Positions 14,571 through 29,306 of a stretch of 64,000 nucleotides of DNA are shown one piece after another. Position 1 is the stretch's first letter, and every line of letters begins with the position of its first letter. The stretch covers positions 3,162,001-3,226,000 of the forward strand of contig CM022673.1 of assembly GCA_012295275.1 (NCBI GenBank). Direction: 5' to 3'. Position numbers and translations under genes: made by a program. Source of the DNA: Chrysomallon squamiferum. Its lineage: Eukaryota; Animalia; Mollusca. The notes beneath the pieces are model-generated. The model was not told the DNA's origin. It saw only the letters and a list, made by a program, of their open reading frames with translations, and did not search any database.

Positions 14571-15206
14571 ATAACTGTAAAGAGCCTGAAAAGTTTTCTT
14601 CAGCTGGCAAGTCCAGTTTTTATAAATGTATTCCTTCAGCTAGTTTTTTTTTTTTATAATATTCCATTATATTGTTTTAATCAAAATCCATTCCTTTTCA
14701 TAAGCAGCCATCTATATTCATGGAAATAAACGCATTTTCAAACTGTCCTTGAGAATATAACTGAAATGCATTCTCTATAAAAATGCATATGATAAAAGCA
14801 AAATTAGTTAATGCTTAAATTATTAATAGTCTGAAAGTTCAAGCGTTTTAGTTAAAAAAAATATTCATTGTTCTTTCTGTGTTATTTTTAGGTTCTCTGT
14901 AATGTTTAATGTATTTTGATTATTTTGATTTGCTAGGGAAAATACTGAGGTAAAAGGACTGAGAAAGTATCGTTTTTGAAAATTCAGAAAAGTTAATTAA
15001 TATAGCATTTAGCAGCATGTAGCCGTAGGCATTTGGATAGTGTTGTATACTTGATAAACAAAATTAGGGTATCCTTTCTTATAGTGATCTGTATAACTTC
15101 GGTGTTTCAAACATTACAACAATGTGATTGATAATTGAAATGCACAGTATAATATAAATTTGTTTTGTGTGTGTGTGCGAGTCTATTTATTAATATATGT
15201 GACAAT

Positions 15207-15297
<91 letters not shown>

Positions 15298-15764
15298 GCA
15301 CATATATAAACACTTTCTCCACATACAAAGTCTCCTTTAGACAGCACTAATTATTTCTCTATCATATAGGCCTACTAAAGTATTTCAACACTGAGTTAAT
15401 TTTCAAACGTAAATTATTTTGGACAGTATCCCAATCCGATTGTATCAAAGTTTAAGTGCATCCAAGAGAAGATGAAAACAAATGTTTATTTAGTTTCACT
15501 GGTGCAGGTTATGATGAAGCAGAGAGCATGACAGAGATAAACTGCAGCACGCGCATAACTCATAAACAACAGTCAGTTGTTTTGATTATTAAAGAGAGTC
15601 TCCCTTCTGCGTGAAGGAATGTAATAATCTACAGTTATAGCTACTTGTCTAAGAGTGAAGTGCTGAAAGTTCATGGTATGTGCTTTCCTGTCAATGCAAC
15701 TGCCATTCCAAAAAACACATTTTCTTTGGTCTACAAATGTAGTTTATAATTGGTTTCCTTTTTT

Positions 15765-15808
<44 letters not shown>

Positions 15809-16825
15809 GCGACGACAACAGCAGCAATAACAACAACAATAAAATAATAATAATAGTTTAAACATAAAAAAAAATAGAAAAAAAAAAAAAATAATATTAA
15901 TAAGTAAATAAATAAGTTTATTAACAACCTTTTTGACATAAACAAACCTGCTGCTAAAGAATATATATCTCATAAACGAGCTTAAAATTAAACTCTTTAA
16001 AAACCATTTCTAAAAATAAATAAAATATATTTAAAATTATATAGAAGATTATAAAATGTATTTGTAAGAAGAAAAAAAAAAAACCCAAGGAAACAAACAA
16101 ACAAACAAACAAAAACAAACGAAAGAAAGAAAAATAAATAAATAAATAAAATAATATTTATTTTAAAAATTAACTATTATTGCTGTCCCTGAAATTCAGA
16201 GCACCAAAGAATTGGTGTGAATTGCTGAATGTTGTCTTCGTGGAGATATCTGTGTCACTAGCTAATAGTACCACTGATGTGTCGCTCTTTCAGATTCACT
16301 GAAATAATTACTATTGTTTGATTATCAGCTAATTAAAATAAATAAACTATGAAAAAGAAAAGAGAGAAGATAAGAAAGAAGGAAGGAATAAAAGAAAGAA
16401 CTAAAAATATGAAAATACACGAATGATTAAAGAAAGAAAAATCTGAAGAAAAAAATGAATAAAAGAAAAAAATGAATAAAAGACATAAAACTCGAAATCT
16501 GAACTAAAACGTTGAATAGTTCAAAATATTTTAAATATATTAACTTAAAACAATATGTTTTTGTTGGTTTTTGAGGGGTTTTTAAAATTATTTTTCTATT
16601 CTAAGAAAGTCATTTACTGTTTTTCTTTATCTCATTTATGTTATTAAGTTTTATTCTGATTTTAACGGCTAAATGGAACTGAAATCATTTGGCATCAAAT
16701 TTATCTTGACAGTTTAAAAATAAAAGTAAAAGAGCAATAAATGGAAATATTTATAATAGAGGATATCAAATAAAATTAGTATATTAATAAAATGCACATA
16801 AAAGATCTTTAATATAAATAACAAT

Positions 16826-16905
<80 letters not shown>

Positions 16906-17258
16906 CAAAACAAACAACACTAATAATAATAGAAATAGTAATAATAACAACAACAACAATGATTATGATATATTAAAGGCAAGAAAACACGTATCACGAC
17001 CTTTAACAAACCTAACCTCAGAGCACCGTTTGGCGTGGTACAAATAAGTAACCCACTGGGTGCAGTATCAGTCTTTTAATAACATAAAACAATCTGATAC
17101 ACGCTTCAGTTTTTCTTCATTAAATTCCAATCCACCTGGAGCTAGCTGTTGAAAATTGTTTAGCCAATGCCATTCCAATGTGTTCCCAGATCTCCATGGT
17201 GCTGCTACCAGTTTATTGATTCTACAAGTAGCAGACGCCAGACACACACATATACACA

Positions 17259-17399
17259 TATAACAGTAAGACTGGCAGATACCGAGTCATTCTCTGAACT
17301 TCACTGCTCGATGCCGTGAGGAATAAAATTAACAAGGAGTGATTTCTGTGATGTTTGAAACGCGTCAGAAAAACGGTGAAATATTTTTTGAAGGTAAAA
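17259..17399 (+). promoter_or_regulatory. Candidate core promoter and non-coding first exon of the GPCR
   Basis: TATAA 17259-17263 lies 30 bp upstream of an Inr-like TCATTC (17287-17292); CpG-containing exon-like stretch; donor AAG|GTAAAA at 17394. Confidence 0.45.
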
Positions 17400-18097
17400 G
17401 GTGTGAAATTTATGTGATAGTGTTACAGGATGGGAAGTTAAAGTGAGCAGAAGCGTTGTGTGGAGTTTTGTTTCGCTTTCTGAAACTTTTCTTCTTCTTT
17501 AATTATTTTTTTTTTTAGATTTTTTAATAGTTTTATAAAGTAATTAAAGTTTCTTAATTATTTAATTGTATATAATTAAAGTAATCAATAACAGTTTAGT
17601 TAGTTGTTTGTCATCATTATTATTTGTTTATTTATTCTTTAATATTGCTGTTGTTAATTCATTTGGTAATTTTAATATTAGCTCACTTCAAAGCACAAAC
17701 GAAATTTGTAATTAAACCTTCGAACCAAATTCTGACAGTATTTTTTTAATTTTCTGATACTTATTTTTTTAATTTATATTTACGACATAATTTATGGAAA
17801 CAGAAGAATTGTAAATGATTTAATTTACCGAGCAGTGTTAGAAATTTGGTAATATTTTAACTGATGAAAAATTATTATTACGTGATTTCAGAAATACTTG
17901 CCTTCTAGTCTTTTTATCATTATAAACTTTAGTGTTAATAGATAGTTTCCATTATAACACACAAGTTATACTTCGAATAGTTTCATTTAATACTTAACAA
18001 TATTAATTTTTTTGTAACAGTATGATACAATATAATTGAAAAAAAGAAAGAAAGGAATTTAGAATATTAACAACATTGTATTAAATGATAATATTCA

Positions 18098-18136
<39 letters not shown>

Positions 18137-19564
18137 CACACACCAAGACCGATTCTTAACAATAACTTAATATATTATCTTAGATGACCCAGCAAATTAT
18201 TTATATAGTCACGAAAAAAAAAAAAAAAAAAAAAAACAGTAATAATAAAAGTAAAAAAAGTAAAAAATTAAATAAAAAGTATTAATGTTAAAGATGAAGC
18301 AACAAGAATACAGTGTGACTTTGACACATTCTTTTACATTTACATATCTCCAAACTTCCATAGACTTTTTATTATATATTTTTTTCTTCTGAATTTGATA
18401 GCTTCTTTTTTCTGCTAGTATATATCACTTACATAATACATACGATATCTTACATAATTATTTCATTACAATCATAATTATTATTGCATGTAACAACAGA
18501 CGATCCTTGTGGGTATTTTTGTCTGAGCTGGGTTATTAAGTTCAACAATCTGAAGTGTCGTCATTATAATAAATGTTAGACGCAAACAAATAATTAGACT
18601 AACACAATGTCCGCTTATCTTAAGATCAGTCACGGATACAACATACATACATGCACCGCATGCAGTAAATATACTTACTCATTGTCCTTCGAATAACAGA
18701 TCAGCTACTGTTTGCTAATCACGATAACTTCACATTTTAATGACTTACGAATGGTTAATATCTGGTACGCTTGTGCTCACAAACGTTTATCTGATTTGGT
18801 TCCAAATATTGGCTGAAATTAGATTCTGTGATCACGATCTCGGTTTTGAGAGACAGCAAATCAAGGGTTTAATAATTAATTAAATACTGCAGACTTTGGA
18901 TGTATGGATAAATGTGAGAATATATTTATCTAATTTGATTAAGATGGTGGAATGTATATAGAAGTAAGTATAAAAATGTGATGTTTTAAGTTAGTTAAAC
19001 TTTTTCCCATTGACGTCCATATATTATAGGGTGAGTGACAGGTGCACCTTCTGGATCTGGATTTGAAACGTTTTAGATTCACACAGACAGACATACCTAA
19101 CACACACACAACATACACAACACACACAGATATATACATATATATACACATGAGTACATACATTTATACTTATATACATATTCTTCAGAATATTTTTAAT
19201 ATTTACTTTTTATGATTTATAAAGACATACACACACATACACACAAACACACATCTGCATGCATATGTCAGGTTTTTTTTGTGTATGTATGCGTCTGTGC
19301 AGGTAGGTTTGTATATATTCACCTGATTGTGACTGAAATAATTTTTACATATACACTTATTTTTTGTTTTATCTCAATAGACGTGACGTGCCTAGTGCAT
19401 AGTCTTTATCATGTACCTTCCCTTTTCCTGGAATAGTTCCTGCGGCCGTTGATGTCGCTGTCTCTGACAGCAACAGATACAGAATGTAGCTGATGAGATG
19501 CAAAATATGTACGTTGACATTCGGTATGTTTTATATATCATATGCACTGGTATAATACCTGCCT

Positions 19565-19644
<80 letters not shown>

Positions 19645-20010
19645 TTTAATTTTTTTAAAAAAAAAAGGAAATGATATTTTGTTAAGGTACCTATACGTGT
19701 AGTATAAAGGTATTTATACCAACACAGGCTCTGCTGTCGTCTAAGTTTCCAGTTAAAAGACGAGCGTTGCTTGGGTTGCTAAAATAAGATGTTTTATTTC
19801 CGTTCTGCTACGTATTTAGCCACAAGATACACTTCCAAGCACTTAAAAAGCAGTTGTTTTACAGTTAATTGTCAGCAGCTCTTGATATATGAATATGTGT
19901 GTATTATTTTAATAAATAACTGTCGAGATAGACCTCGGATCCTAATTAGCTTGATCTGCGATTACACACTCTCGCACACTCTGTCATCGTGCGTGCATAA
20001 TTACATGTGG

Positions 20011-20082
<72 letters not shown>

Positions 20083-20559
20083 AATATGCAAAGATAACGT
20101 CCAAAAGTACGTTGTGATTTACTGTTATTGCATTGGTTTTCCGTTTTAGTCTTACGAACATTTGTGTTGTCCTGTAGTTATTCTTCAGTGTTATTGGCAT
20201 TTATATGTACCTGACATTTCTGATAAATTATATCAGATGTTGTTTTTATTTACACTTCGTCGAAAATGTAATAGAAAACAAACAATTCTTAAAGCGGCTA
20301 AGTAAACACTTATAGTAATCTTGAAGCTGGCGTACAATGTCCTAATTTGGTGACAAGAAACCACAACCTAATTTGATTTCCCTGAACTAGAACATACAAT
20401 TTAAATATAATTTTTATAGTATACTTAAAACTGTTAATTTCACATTATATAACAATTACATTGCTTGGTTTTTAGATGTCAACACTTTATTTATTTATTT
20501 ATTTTTTGTATTTATTTTGTTTATTATTAATTCATTACGACACAGTCCAGTATAATATG

Positions 20560-20935
20560 TTTTGTCGCCCATCTAACCAAGTTAGGTTACGAGGGTCAAA
20601 CGAAGCGGCTTCATTCATGGGGAATTACGCGAGCGGGTTATTTCAGAGTGAAGCCACAGACTGGCGTGTTTTTCATAAACCAGGAACACTTCGACACAAC
20701 TTGACGGTTGAAAGTTAGAGACGAAACCGAGTTTGTTCGAAAATGACGTTTATGGAGTAGCATAATACTTATATAACTATGCCAAGTGAATGTACGTGCG
20801 CACCAGTTATAAGAAGACGCGTGACGTAAAATCGTACAGACAGGTAATAACAATTACGTTATGACAGGTTACTGTGGGGTTGGGTAAGGGGAGATCTACG
20901 TATTTATATTAACACTGGATCATTGTCGACGGCTA
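20560..20935 (+). promoter_or_regulatory. CpG-rich candidate promoter/first exon
   Basis: By eye the densest non-coding CpG cluster in the window; TGACG and TACGTG motifs; donors CAG|GTAATA (20844) and TGG|GTAAGG (20884). Confidence 0.45.
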
Positions 20936-20990
20936 CCTAACACATTTGTGTTTTTCATTTATGAGACAATTTTAATATATATATATAATT

Positions 20991-21202
20991 TAGAACCACT
21001 TCCAAATCATTTTCTAGTGAATGTGTAAACAGGAAAGAGAAGGGAAAACTGAAGGTTTTGTTCGTTTTATCATCTCTTTTTTTTTTTTTTTTTTTTTCCC
21101 AAACGATTCTTTCCCACAGAAAAGAAAGGAGATAATATATATAAGTTTTCCCTTCTCTTTCCTGTTTACACATTCACTAGAAAATGATTTGGAGTGGTTC
21201 TA
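20991..21202. mobile_element. Foldback/MITE-like element with 60-bp near-perfect inverted repeats
   Basis: 20991-21050 is the reverse complement of 21144-21202 except for one 1-nt indel; 93-bp spacer; TA at both ends. Confidence 0.75.
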
Positions 21203-21687
21203 GTAGTACACCACACCTGTTCTATTTTTTTTGTTTTCAGTTTATATATATATATATATATTAAAGAAAAAAATATTTTGAAGTTTATATATATATATAT
21301 ATAAATAAATGTGTAAGTAAGTAAAGAAAAATATAATTTTCAATATTATTATATACATACCATACATATTGATATGTAACACATATACACAATACACACA
21401 TGCAGCAACATTTTCTGTATATACACAAAGCACACATACACATATATAAATATGTTCAATACATAAACACCTAAAAAAGACTGACACACCCTCACATAAC
21501 AGAATTAATCATCACAACGGTTATTATTATTTTTAAAATGTATAAATTCTCATGCAACAGTTGACACAGTCAAAAGTAGGACAAAGAACTTGTCATGATG
21601 CATCCTGTTTCCTTTCTTCATGTAATTGTTGTGAACTGTTACTTCTGTGGTCATATAGTCATATTTATTGTATGCATACATACATAC

Positions 21688-21722
<35 letters not shown>

Positions 21723-21909
21723 TACATACATACATACATAAATACATACATACATACATACATAAATACATACATACATAAATACATACATACATACATA
21801 AATACATACATACATACATATATATAGTAACTTACACATATAAAACAGGATATATTTTATATACCAGTTAATATAATGTACCAGGATATACAAAATGAAG
21901 TTTCTGTTA

Positions 21910-22420
21910 GTTGGATGTGGTGCTACAAAATACTACTACTGTTAGTATTACTTCTACAGTTCTTGTTAGTAGTTTTATTATTACTGTTACTACTATTACT
22001 ATTACCTAGACTGTTACTACCTTTATAACTATTACTGTTACTACCGTTATAATACTACTGTTACTACTATTATGATTATTCAGCACTGTTATAGTAAGTA
22101 TTATAGCTGTTACTCCTGTTATTGTTATTACTACTACTACTACTTCAGCTGTTGCTTACTACTTCTGTTACTACTACTCAGCTGCAGTTACCACTACCAT
22201 TTTTAGTACTGCTACTTCTACTGCTACTGCTACCAACTCTACTACTATTTTTACTATTCCCATTACTACTTACAGTAGTTCTACTAATACTACTGTTAAT
22301 TGTATTACTCCTGTTACCATCATGTCATTGGTTATTAATACCATAACTGTTACTGTCACTATAGTTATGTTATGTCTGTTATTTCTACTACTACTACAGC
22401 TACCACTACTACTACTACAA
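21910..22420. repeat. Degenerate (TAC/TAT/TGT)n trinucleotide low-complexity region
   Basis: Continuous tactactgttacta-type periodicity; explains the Leu-rich spurious ORF 22122-22346. Confidence 0.8.
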
Positions 22421-23429
22421 TAATATGTCAGCCAGTGCTTGTATTTATTTTTATGAATGGAATAGAAATATAATGTACTGAAACTGATACATTACTACTG
22501 TTATTGCTATAATAATGAGCATTTTGATAAATGTTAAAAATTCCTTAAATTCACTGGACCCAAAAATTTAATGTAATGGTTGTTCATGTCATGAATGTTT
22601 GGTTTTTTAATTTCTCATTTTTCTTAAATTAACTGCTTTGAAATAGTATTATGGTAAATTTACCTGTTTAGTGTTATCAGTTTTTGGGGTTTTTTTTTTC
22701 TTTGTATTAAACAAATATCAAATAGATCTCATCAGTTTATGACTCTTGACATTTTAAAATTAAGAAAAAAAATATTCAGACATTTTTTGTTTTAGAAGTA
22801 TTTTTTAAAAATAATATTAATTGTTGTTATTATTTGTTGTTGTTGTTGTTGTTGTTATTATTATTATTAATATTATTATAATGACATATTTTCTAATTAT
22901 GTCCTTCTTTGATTTTTCCTGTATTTGTTTTTATTTTAATTGTTACTGAAAAATAAGTATGAAACTACATCTGTTTTGTTTATTAAATAATAGCCATCTT
23001 CATTCATATTCAGTACAACTGTTTCACTCTGCCTGAAATGTACTGAAAAATTATTTTGATTCATCTTATCAAGTTTCAGTTTTTATTCCTTTACACACAA
23101 AACAGAAGACTTTCATTACATTCAGTCACTTATGACTCTGGGGGCCTGTTTACAGGAGATGAATGCAATTTGTGACCTTTTGACATTTGGACATTGCAGA
23201 ATGCAAGGTAAACCTTTGATTATTGAAAAGCCACCTGGATCATGGTGTCAGGTCCCTAGGGGCTTCCAGTCAACGTGCAGATCAAAATAATACCTCATCA
23301 AAATGGTTCATTTGCAATGTTTAACATTAAAAGTACATCATGAATGCGACATTTGTTCTTATCCCACAATGTTAAAAATTACTTATTGGATCAAAAAGCA
23401 ACAGTAAAAATAACATCATTATTAAATTT

Positions 23430-23460
<31 letters not shown>

Positions 23461-25603
23461 CTGAACATTCATCAGGTTGTTATCTTTATTATTATTATTT
23501 TATTTTATATGATTTTATTATTTTATTTGCAATGATTAACAATTTGTTAATTATTATTATTATTATTATTATTATTTTATCACATTTGTTTTGTCTTTAT
23601 TGCTATTTGCTGTTTTGGCAATCAGAAGACTTACAGCAGTGTAATATTATAAATATTATATTACTTAACATTATATATCAGTTTTATTCTCACGAGACTC
23701 CTGCATAATCATTGGACCTTTAATTCCCTTTAGACAATATTGAACTATAATAACTGTAGGGAATTAGGTTATACTGAATTACATATATGCACACAGTGTT
23801 AATGCTGAAATAAACAGTAATAATAGATTATTTTCACATTAGTAAATAACTGTTTTATGACTTTCACAAATTGTAAACAGATATAGTATACATACATCTG
23901 TGTATACATGTATGGGTACATATATATTATGTACATATGTATGTATAAATGCATGTATATGTGTCTGTCTGTATTTAAGTATACAAGTGAATGGATAAAA
24001 TAATCTAGACATATGTTTATGTGTGTATCTGAGTATGTGTGGATGTGTGTGTGTTTTTAAATATCGATTCTGTATAATAATTTCTGTTCCTACTCTTATT
24101 CATTTAATAAAAAACTCTTACAAGTAAAATATTTTGGTATTTGCACATGTATTGATTAACCTTCTCTAATGAAGGATTATTATTTTTAGATTAAGTGAAA
24201 ACTGATGTCAGTCACTTGAGCAATTGTAATATATTTATCTGTAGATCCTATTCACGGAGTTGAAAACTACAAGCTATGTATTGACAAGTTATTTTCTCAT
24301 ACAGGCTTATCTTGTACAATGTGAAATGTATTTTGATTTGGGTAATAAATAAGTTACACACACACACACACGCACGCACACACACACATACACTTATATA
24401 TACAGTTAGGAGAATATAAAATAATAACAAATGTATTTAATATCTAAATATTTGTGCATGGGCACCAAGGGCTGAATTCACCTTGTCCTGCAGCCTGTCA
24501 ACTTTCAAATTATTACAGGTATATTTAGCACTTTTGAAATACTGTAATCTCTATTATTGACTTTTTCTCTGCTGTCATCATCAGTAACTTCATCACTGTA
24601 ATAATTATAATCATTTCACTGATATTTATCTTCATCATACTGTCATCGTTACTAACACCTTCATTACAATAATCATCGTCATTACATTTTGACTTATATC
24701 ATAATTTTGTTATCAGTATTGTCATCAATATTATAATCTTTGTCATTTCATTTTCACGATTGTCATTAATAATCTCTCATTACAGTCACCACGACAACAT
24801 GCCTATTCATACATGCAGCCATATTCATTTATTTATCATTGCCATCATTGCCATCCTTGCGGAAACCTAAACTCAGAAACCTTTTCCAAAACAAACCAGC
24901 ATTCATTCTGAGACACTGAGAAACGCTGCCCACATCAGGCACGATGAAACAATTCTCTGACAGACGGTAGCCGAAGATTAACCTGCACCTACAGCATCAC
25001 CCTTCTTGGCTTGATGACAACTTCACTGTTGACCTACTCCAGTGAAGGAAGTTAGTTTTGGCTTTAGTGCTCACAACACTTCTGTTACCAGAGACTGACT
25101 AACTCCAGAGTAAACACATTCCAGTGAGCAGTTTCAGTTTTATTTGCGGGCAGACGTCAACACCAGCAGCAGATGGTTGTTTGATTTACAGCACCTTGTT
25201 CTGATGGTGCTACAGAAAGCTCTTGTTGGTGCTGCTCGCTCTCTGCATCTCGTCTGGAGAAAGTCATGCCAGGATTGGCAGGTGCAGCAAAAATTTGCAA
25301 TTTCAAAAAAAAAAAAAAAAAAAATTTTGTTTTATAGAATATTAAAAATTCCAAGTTATAAATGTTTTGATGTTTTGAGAATAATTTTCTGCTCTTTTGA
25401 TTAAACGATTTACTCAAGTCCCATGCTAAATTTAAAAAAAAAAAATATTGTTTGCACAGTATCTCTTCATATATATATATATATAATAATTTACTAAATG
25501 CATCATTCTTAAAAACAATTAAAAAAATAGCAAAAATAATAATAACATAAAATTTATTTAATATTCAAAATAGAAAATCTAACTAATGGAGTTTTAATGA
25601 CCT

Positions 25604-25653
<50 letters not shown>

Positions 25654-25659
25654 AAAAAA

Positions 25660-25690
<31 letters not shown>

Positions 25691-26918
25691 CAAAGAAAAA
25701 GAAAAAACAAAACAAAATACCGGCAATTAAAGAAGTGAAAAGAAAATCTTGTTTTGGTGTTTCATAATAATGAAATTTTACATTCACATATTTGTGGACA
25801 TATACACACACATCTGCTTACTTACAGAAATATAATATATTGATTATTTATATACAACTATAAAATCAAATTTACACACATATTACTACTAATACTTATA
25901 TACAAGCTTTATAGACTTACATTGTTTACTTATATTCATGTACATGTTTCACAGAGTGTATTGTTTGAGTATTACAGTAATTATCACATCCTGCTTCACC
26001 ATATGTGACATATTTAACACAAATCTGTTTTCCCAGGCGACATATATAAACTATATTAAACAGCTGTGATTTGTTTATAATGATTCATGTAAACTGTTCA
26101 GTTTATATAAATGTCACAGGGTTTTTCCAGACCTCTTTATTACACAGCCATCAACCATGGTTGTATTAAAATGCAAAATACACAGAGACACATGCACACA
26201 CATAACACACATACACATACACATACACATGCATGCACACACACACACACACACACATATATACACACATACATATATACATATATATGTACACACATTT
26301 ATACATACTTATGTACACATATTTATACATACATATGCACACTGGTACTTTTAAACCCATATTCATCACACCCTTTCTTAGGGGGGAAAAATAGTAATCT
26401 AGATACATTGAAACAAATACATAATGTTTTAAAAATCTTTATCCTATATTAAATACATGTTATCAGATAACTGACTGCTACTGCACATTTAACTTGATAG
26501 GTTTGAATGATGCTGCTTCCTCTTAGCTCATATTACAAAACAGTTTTGTTTTTTCACTAGCCCTGGTGGGGAAGCAAAATGCACTGAGCTGTTACTTCCT
26601 ACTCTTTTATCAAGTGACAGCTACAGCAGACTGTCAGAAGAAAAACACTTTTTTTTGGTGTACAAAGAATGTGCTTTACGTTTTCTGAGGAGATCTTAGA
26701 TCATGACGAATGTACATACATGTACAATGCTCATTTGAATAATGGATGTATCTTCCTGTAAATCTCTATCTTTCTTTGCTTTTTCATTTTTTTCATTTTT
26801 TTTTTCTGTTTGAAAGACTTTACTTTTCAGTTTTTTATTTTGTATTCTCCAGACTGAACATTCTTCAGAACATTCTGTCTAAAAAGTGCCTCACTCTGTA
26901 TGTTTCTCTCTTTGCCTC

Positions 26919-27019
<101 letters not shown>

Positions 27020-27198
27020 ATACATTATTTATATATTTAAATAAATATTCATATGGAATGTAATTTATAAATTTTGAGTTTAAAACATTCTTTTTAAAAA
27101 AAATTATTTTATATTTATTTGTTTGTTTGTTTATACTATTTATTTTCTATTTACAGCTGCTGGTAACAAAGTGAAATGCCACACGGTGTGTTAAAGCA

Positions 27199-28113
27199 AT
27201 GGCTACAGTTCAGAGCACTGAGGTTTTCGGATCAAACCACAGTGTCCTCCAGGAATCAACTGCCTCATTTGACAACCATTCCTGGCTCCACTCAGACATA
27301 TCAGCAGAAAACCAAACCAACCACCATTACTGGAATCTGCCATTTTCTGTCACCTTGGCAACCATTCTGTCCATTTCATCCTTCCTGTCGATTGTTGGAA
27401 ATCTGATGGTGATCACCGTGGTGATACGACACAGGGGCATGCGAACCCGAACAAATCTCTTTCTCGTCAACCTGGCTGTGGCTGATTTCTGTGTAGGAGC
27501 CATGGCTGTTCCAATAGCCATCATCACCCTGGTGAAAGGAGACTGGGTCCTGGGAGTCGTTCTGTGCCAGATAGACGGATTCATCAACGTGTTCTTCTTC
27601 GTTGCCTCCATCCACACTCTGATGTACATCAGCATCCACAAGTACTACTCCATCACGCGACCATTCAGCAACTCCATCCAGCTGCACAAAGTGCTGCTGA
27701 TGATGGCAGCTACGTGGGTGTGGGCCGCTTTCCTCGGAGCCATCACGGTGTCGGGGCTGAACGTCGTCCAGTACAAGCCGGGGACGTCGCAGTGCGGTCC
27801 GTCGTACCCAAAAGACCTGAAGGGATTCGTGCACCACGGCATCACGCAGCTCACCGGCATTTTCATTCCTCTGGTGATCATGATTTTCTGTTATGTTCGA
27901 ATGTTCAAGGTGATTCGAGAGCACACACATCGGCTGCAAGAGAACACGACGTTGGAGCAGGACGTGGTGCTCGCGCAGCAGAAGAAGGTTGCCATGACGC
28001 TGTTTATTGTCTTGGCTTGTTTTATCATGTGTTGGATTCCGTACCATATCTATGCGTCCTATGTGTCCTACATGAAGGATAAAGCCCACTTTTCAGAATA
28101 TATTAACCCACCG
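27199..28113 (+). CDS. Class A (rhodopsin-like) orphan GPCR, coding exon 1 (N-terminus, TM1-TM6, ECL3)
   Basis: Acceptor tttacag|27157, ATG at 27199. Motifs: TM1 GN, TM2 NLAVAD, ECL1 W..G..LC, TM3 SIHKY, TM4 W, TM5 IPL...CY, TM6 CWIPY; N-glycosylation sequons NHS/NQT. Donor CCG|GTGAGT at 28114, phase 0 (915 nt). Confidence 0.95.
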
Positions 28114-29237
28114 GTGAGTATACCACTGTTATTAATCAGCAACGTCCAGTCTAACACAAACAGACATACAGACAGATCGATTATAAATTGTTTTTGAAAA
28201 GTTGAAAATAATAATATTACAAAATTTAAAATTTAAAATTTTATAAAAAATCAAATAAATTAAAATTAAATCAAATAATATTAAAAATAATATAAAAATA
28301 AGAATAAACAACAAAATGTTTACATGTGATAAAATACTGTGTGTATTTAAAAACAAATAATAATTTTAAAAAATTAGAAAAGTAAGAAGTAAATAAAGTA
28401 AAAGAAAATCCCACCAGAACAACTGAATAATTTAATTAACAAAATAGTGTAACAGATATTCATTTTTAAATATCCAGCTGAAAAAGACAGTTATAAAGAT
28501 TTAAAAAATATATAATAATAAAAAAAAATATATAAAAAAATAAATAAACAAATAAATAATTATACTTCTAATTTTTTTTTAATTAAAATACCACAAACAG
28601 AAAACAACAAGAACAACATCAATCTAAACAAAATCTAAAACAATACATCAACAACAACAACAACAATAAAACTCTCAAATAAATAAACTTTAAAAATAAA
28701 GCAACACCTCCACTTGTACAGAGACTAATCTGTTTGTACTAATCTGGTGGAATGTGTACAGTCTGACACAGTAAAACACCCTGACCTCATTCTGACTTCA
28801 TCTTCTCCATACCTTTTCAGCATGTTAATGTTTGTTTATTTTTCTTCTTTTTTTGTTGTTGCACTAAATAAATATTTTTGTCAGACTGGAACATACCACA
28901 TATGTGTAAATACATGGATGAATGCACATATGCATACATAAAATACAACTATTCATATAAATACGCAACCACATACATACCAGGGTTAGGGGGGGGAAAT
29001 ATTTTGCAAGTTGACCACACCTCATCTTTACTACTACTACTACTATTACATTGTTGTTGTTGTTGAAGTTATATGAATTACTACTACATTTTTTAAATTT
29101 AAATATCTCAAATATTTTCCTTGTATAGTTTTATATTTAAATTATTTTCTACAGTTTTTAAATTTAAATATCTCAAACATTTTTCCTTGTCTGTTGTTTT
29201 ACATTTAAATTATTTTCACAGTTTATCCAAATTAAAC

Positions 29238-29306
<69 letters not shown>

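Noticed and set aside
27376-28089. 237-aa antisense ORF and 172-aa shifted-frame ORF
   Set aside because: Expected shadows of the GC3-rich GPCR exon.
28114-28197. End of the 332-aa ORF (VSIPLLLIS...) as the GPCR C-terminus
   Set aside because: Intron read-through: a strong GTGAGT donor lies at 28114 and the true TM7 is at 31026.
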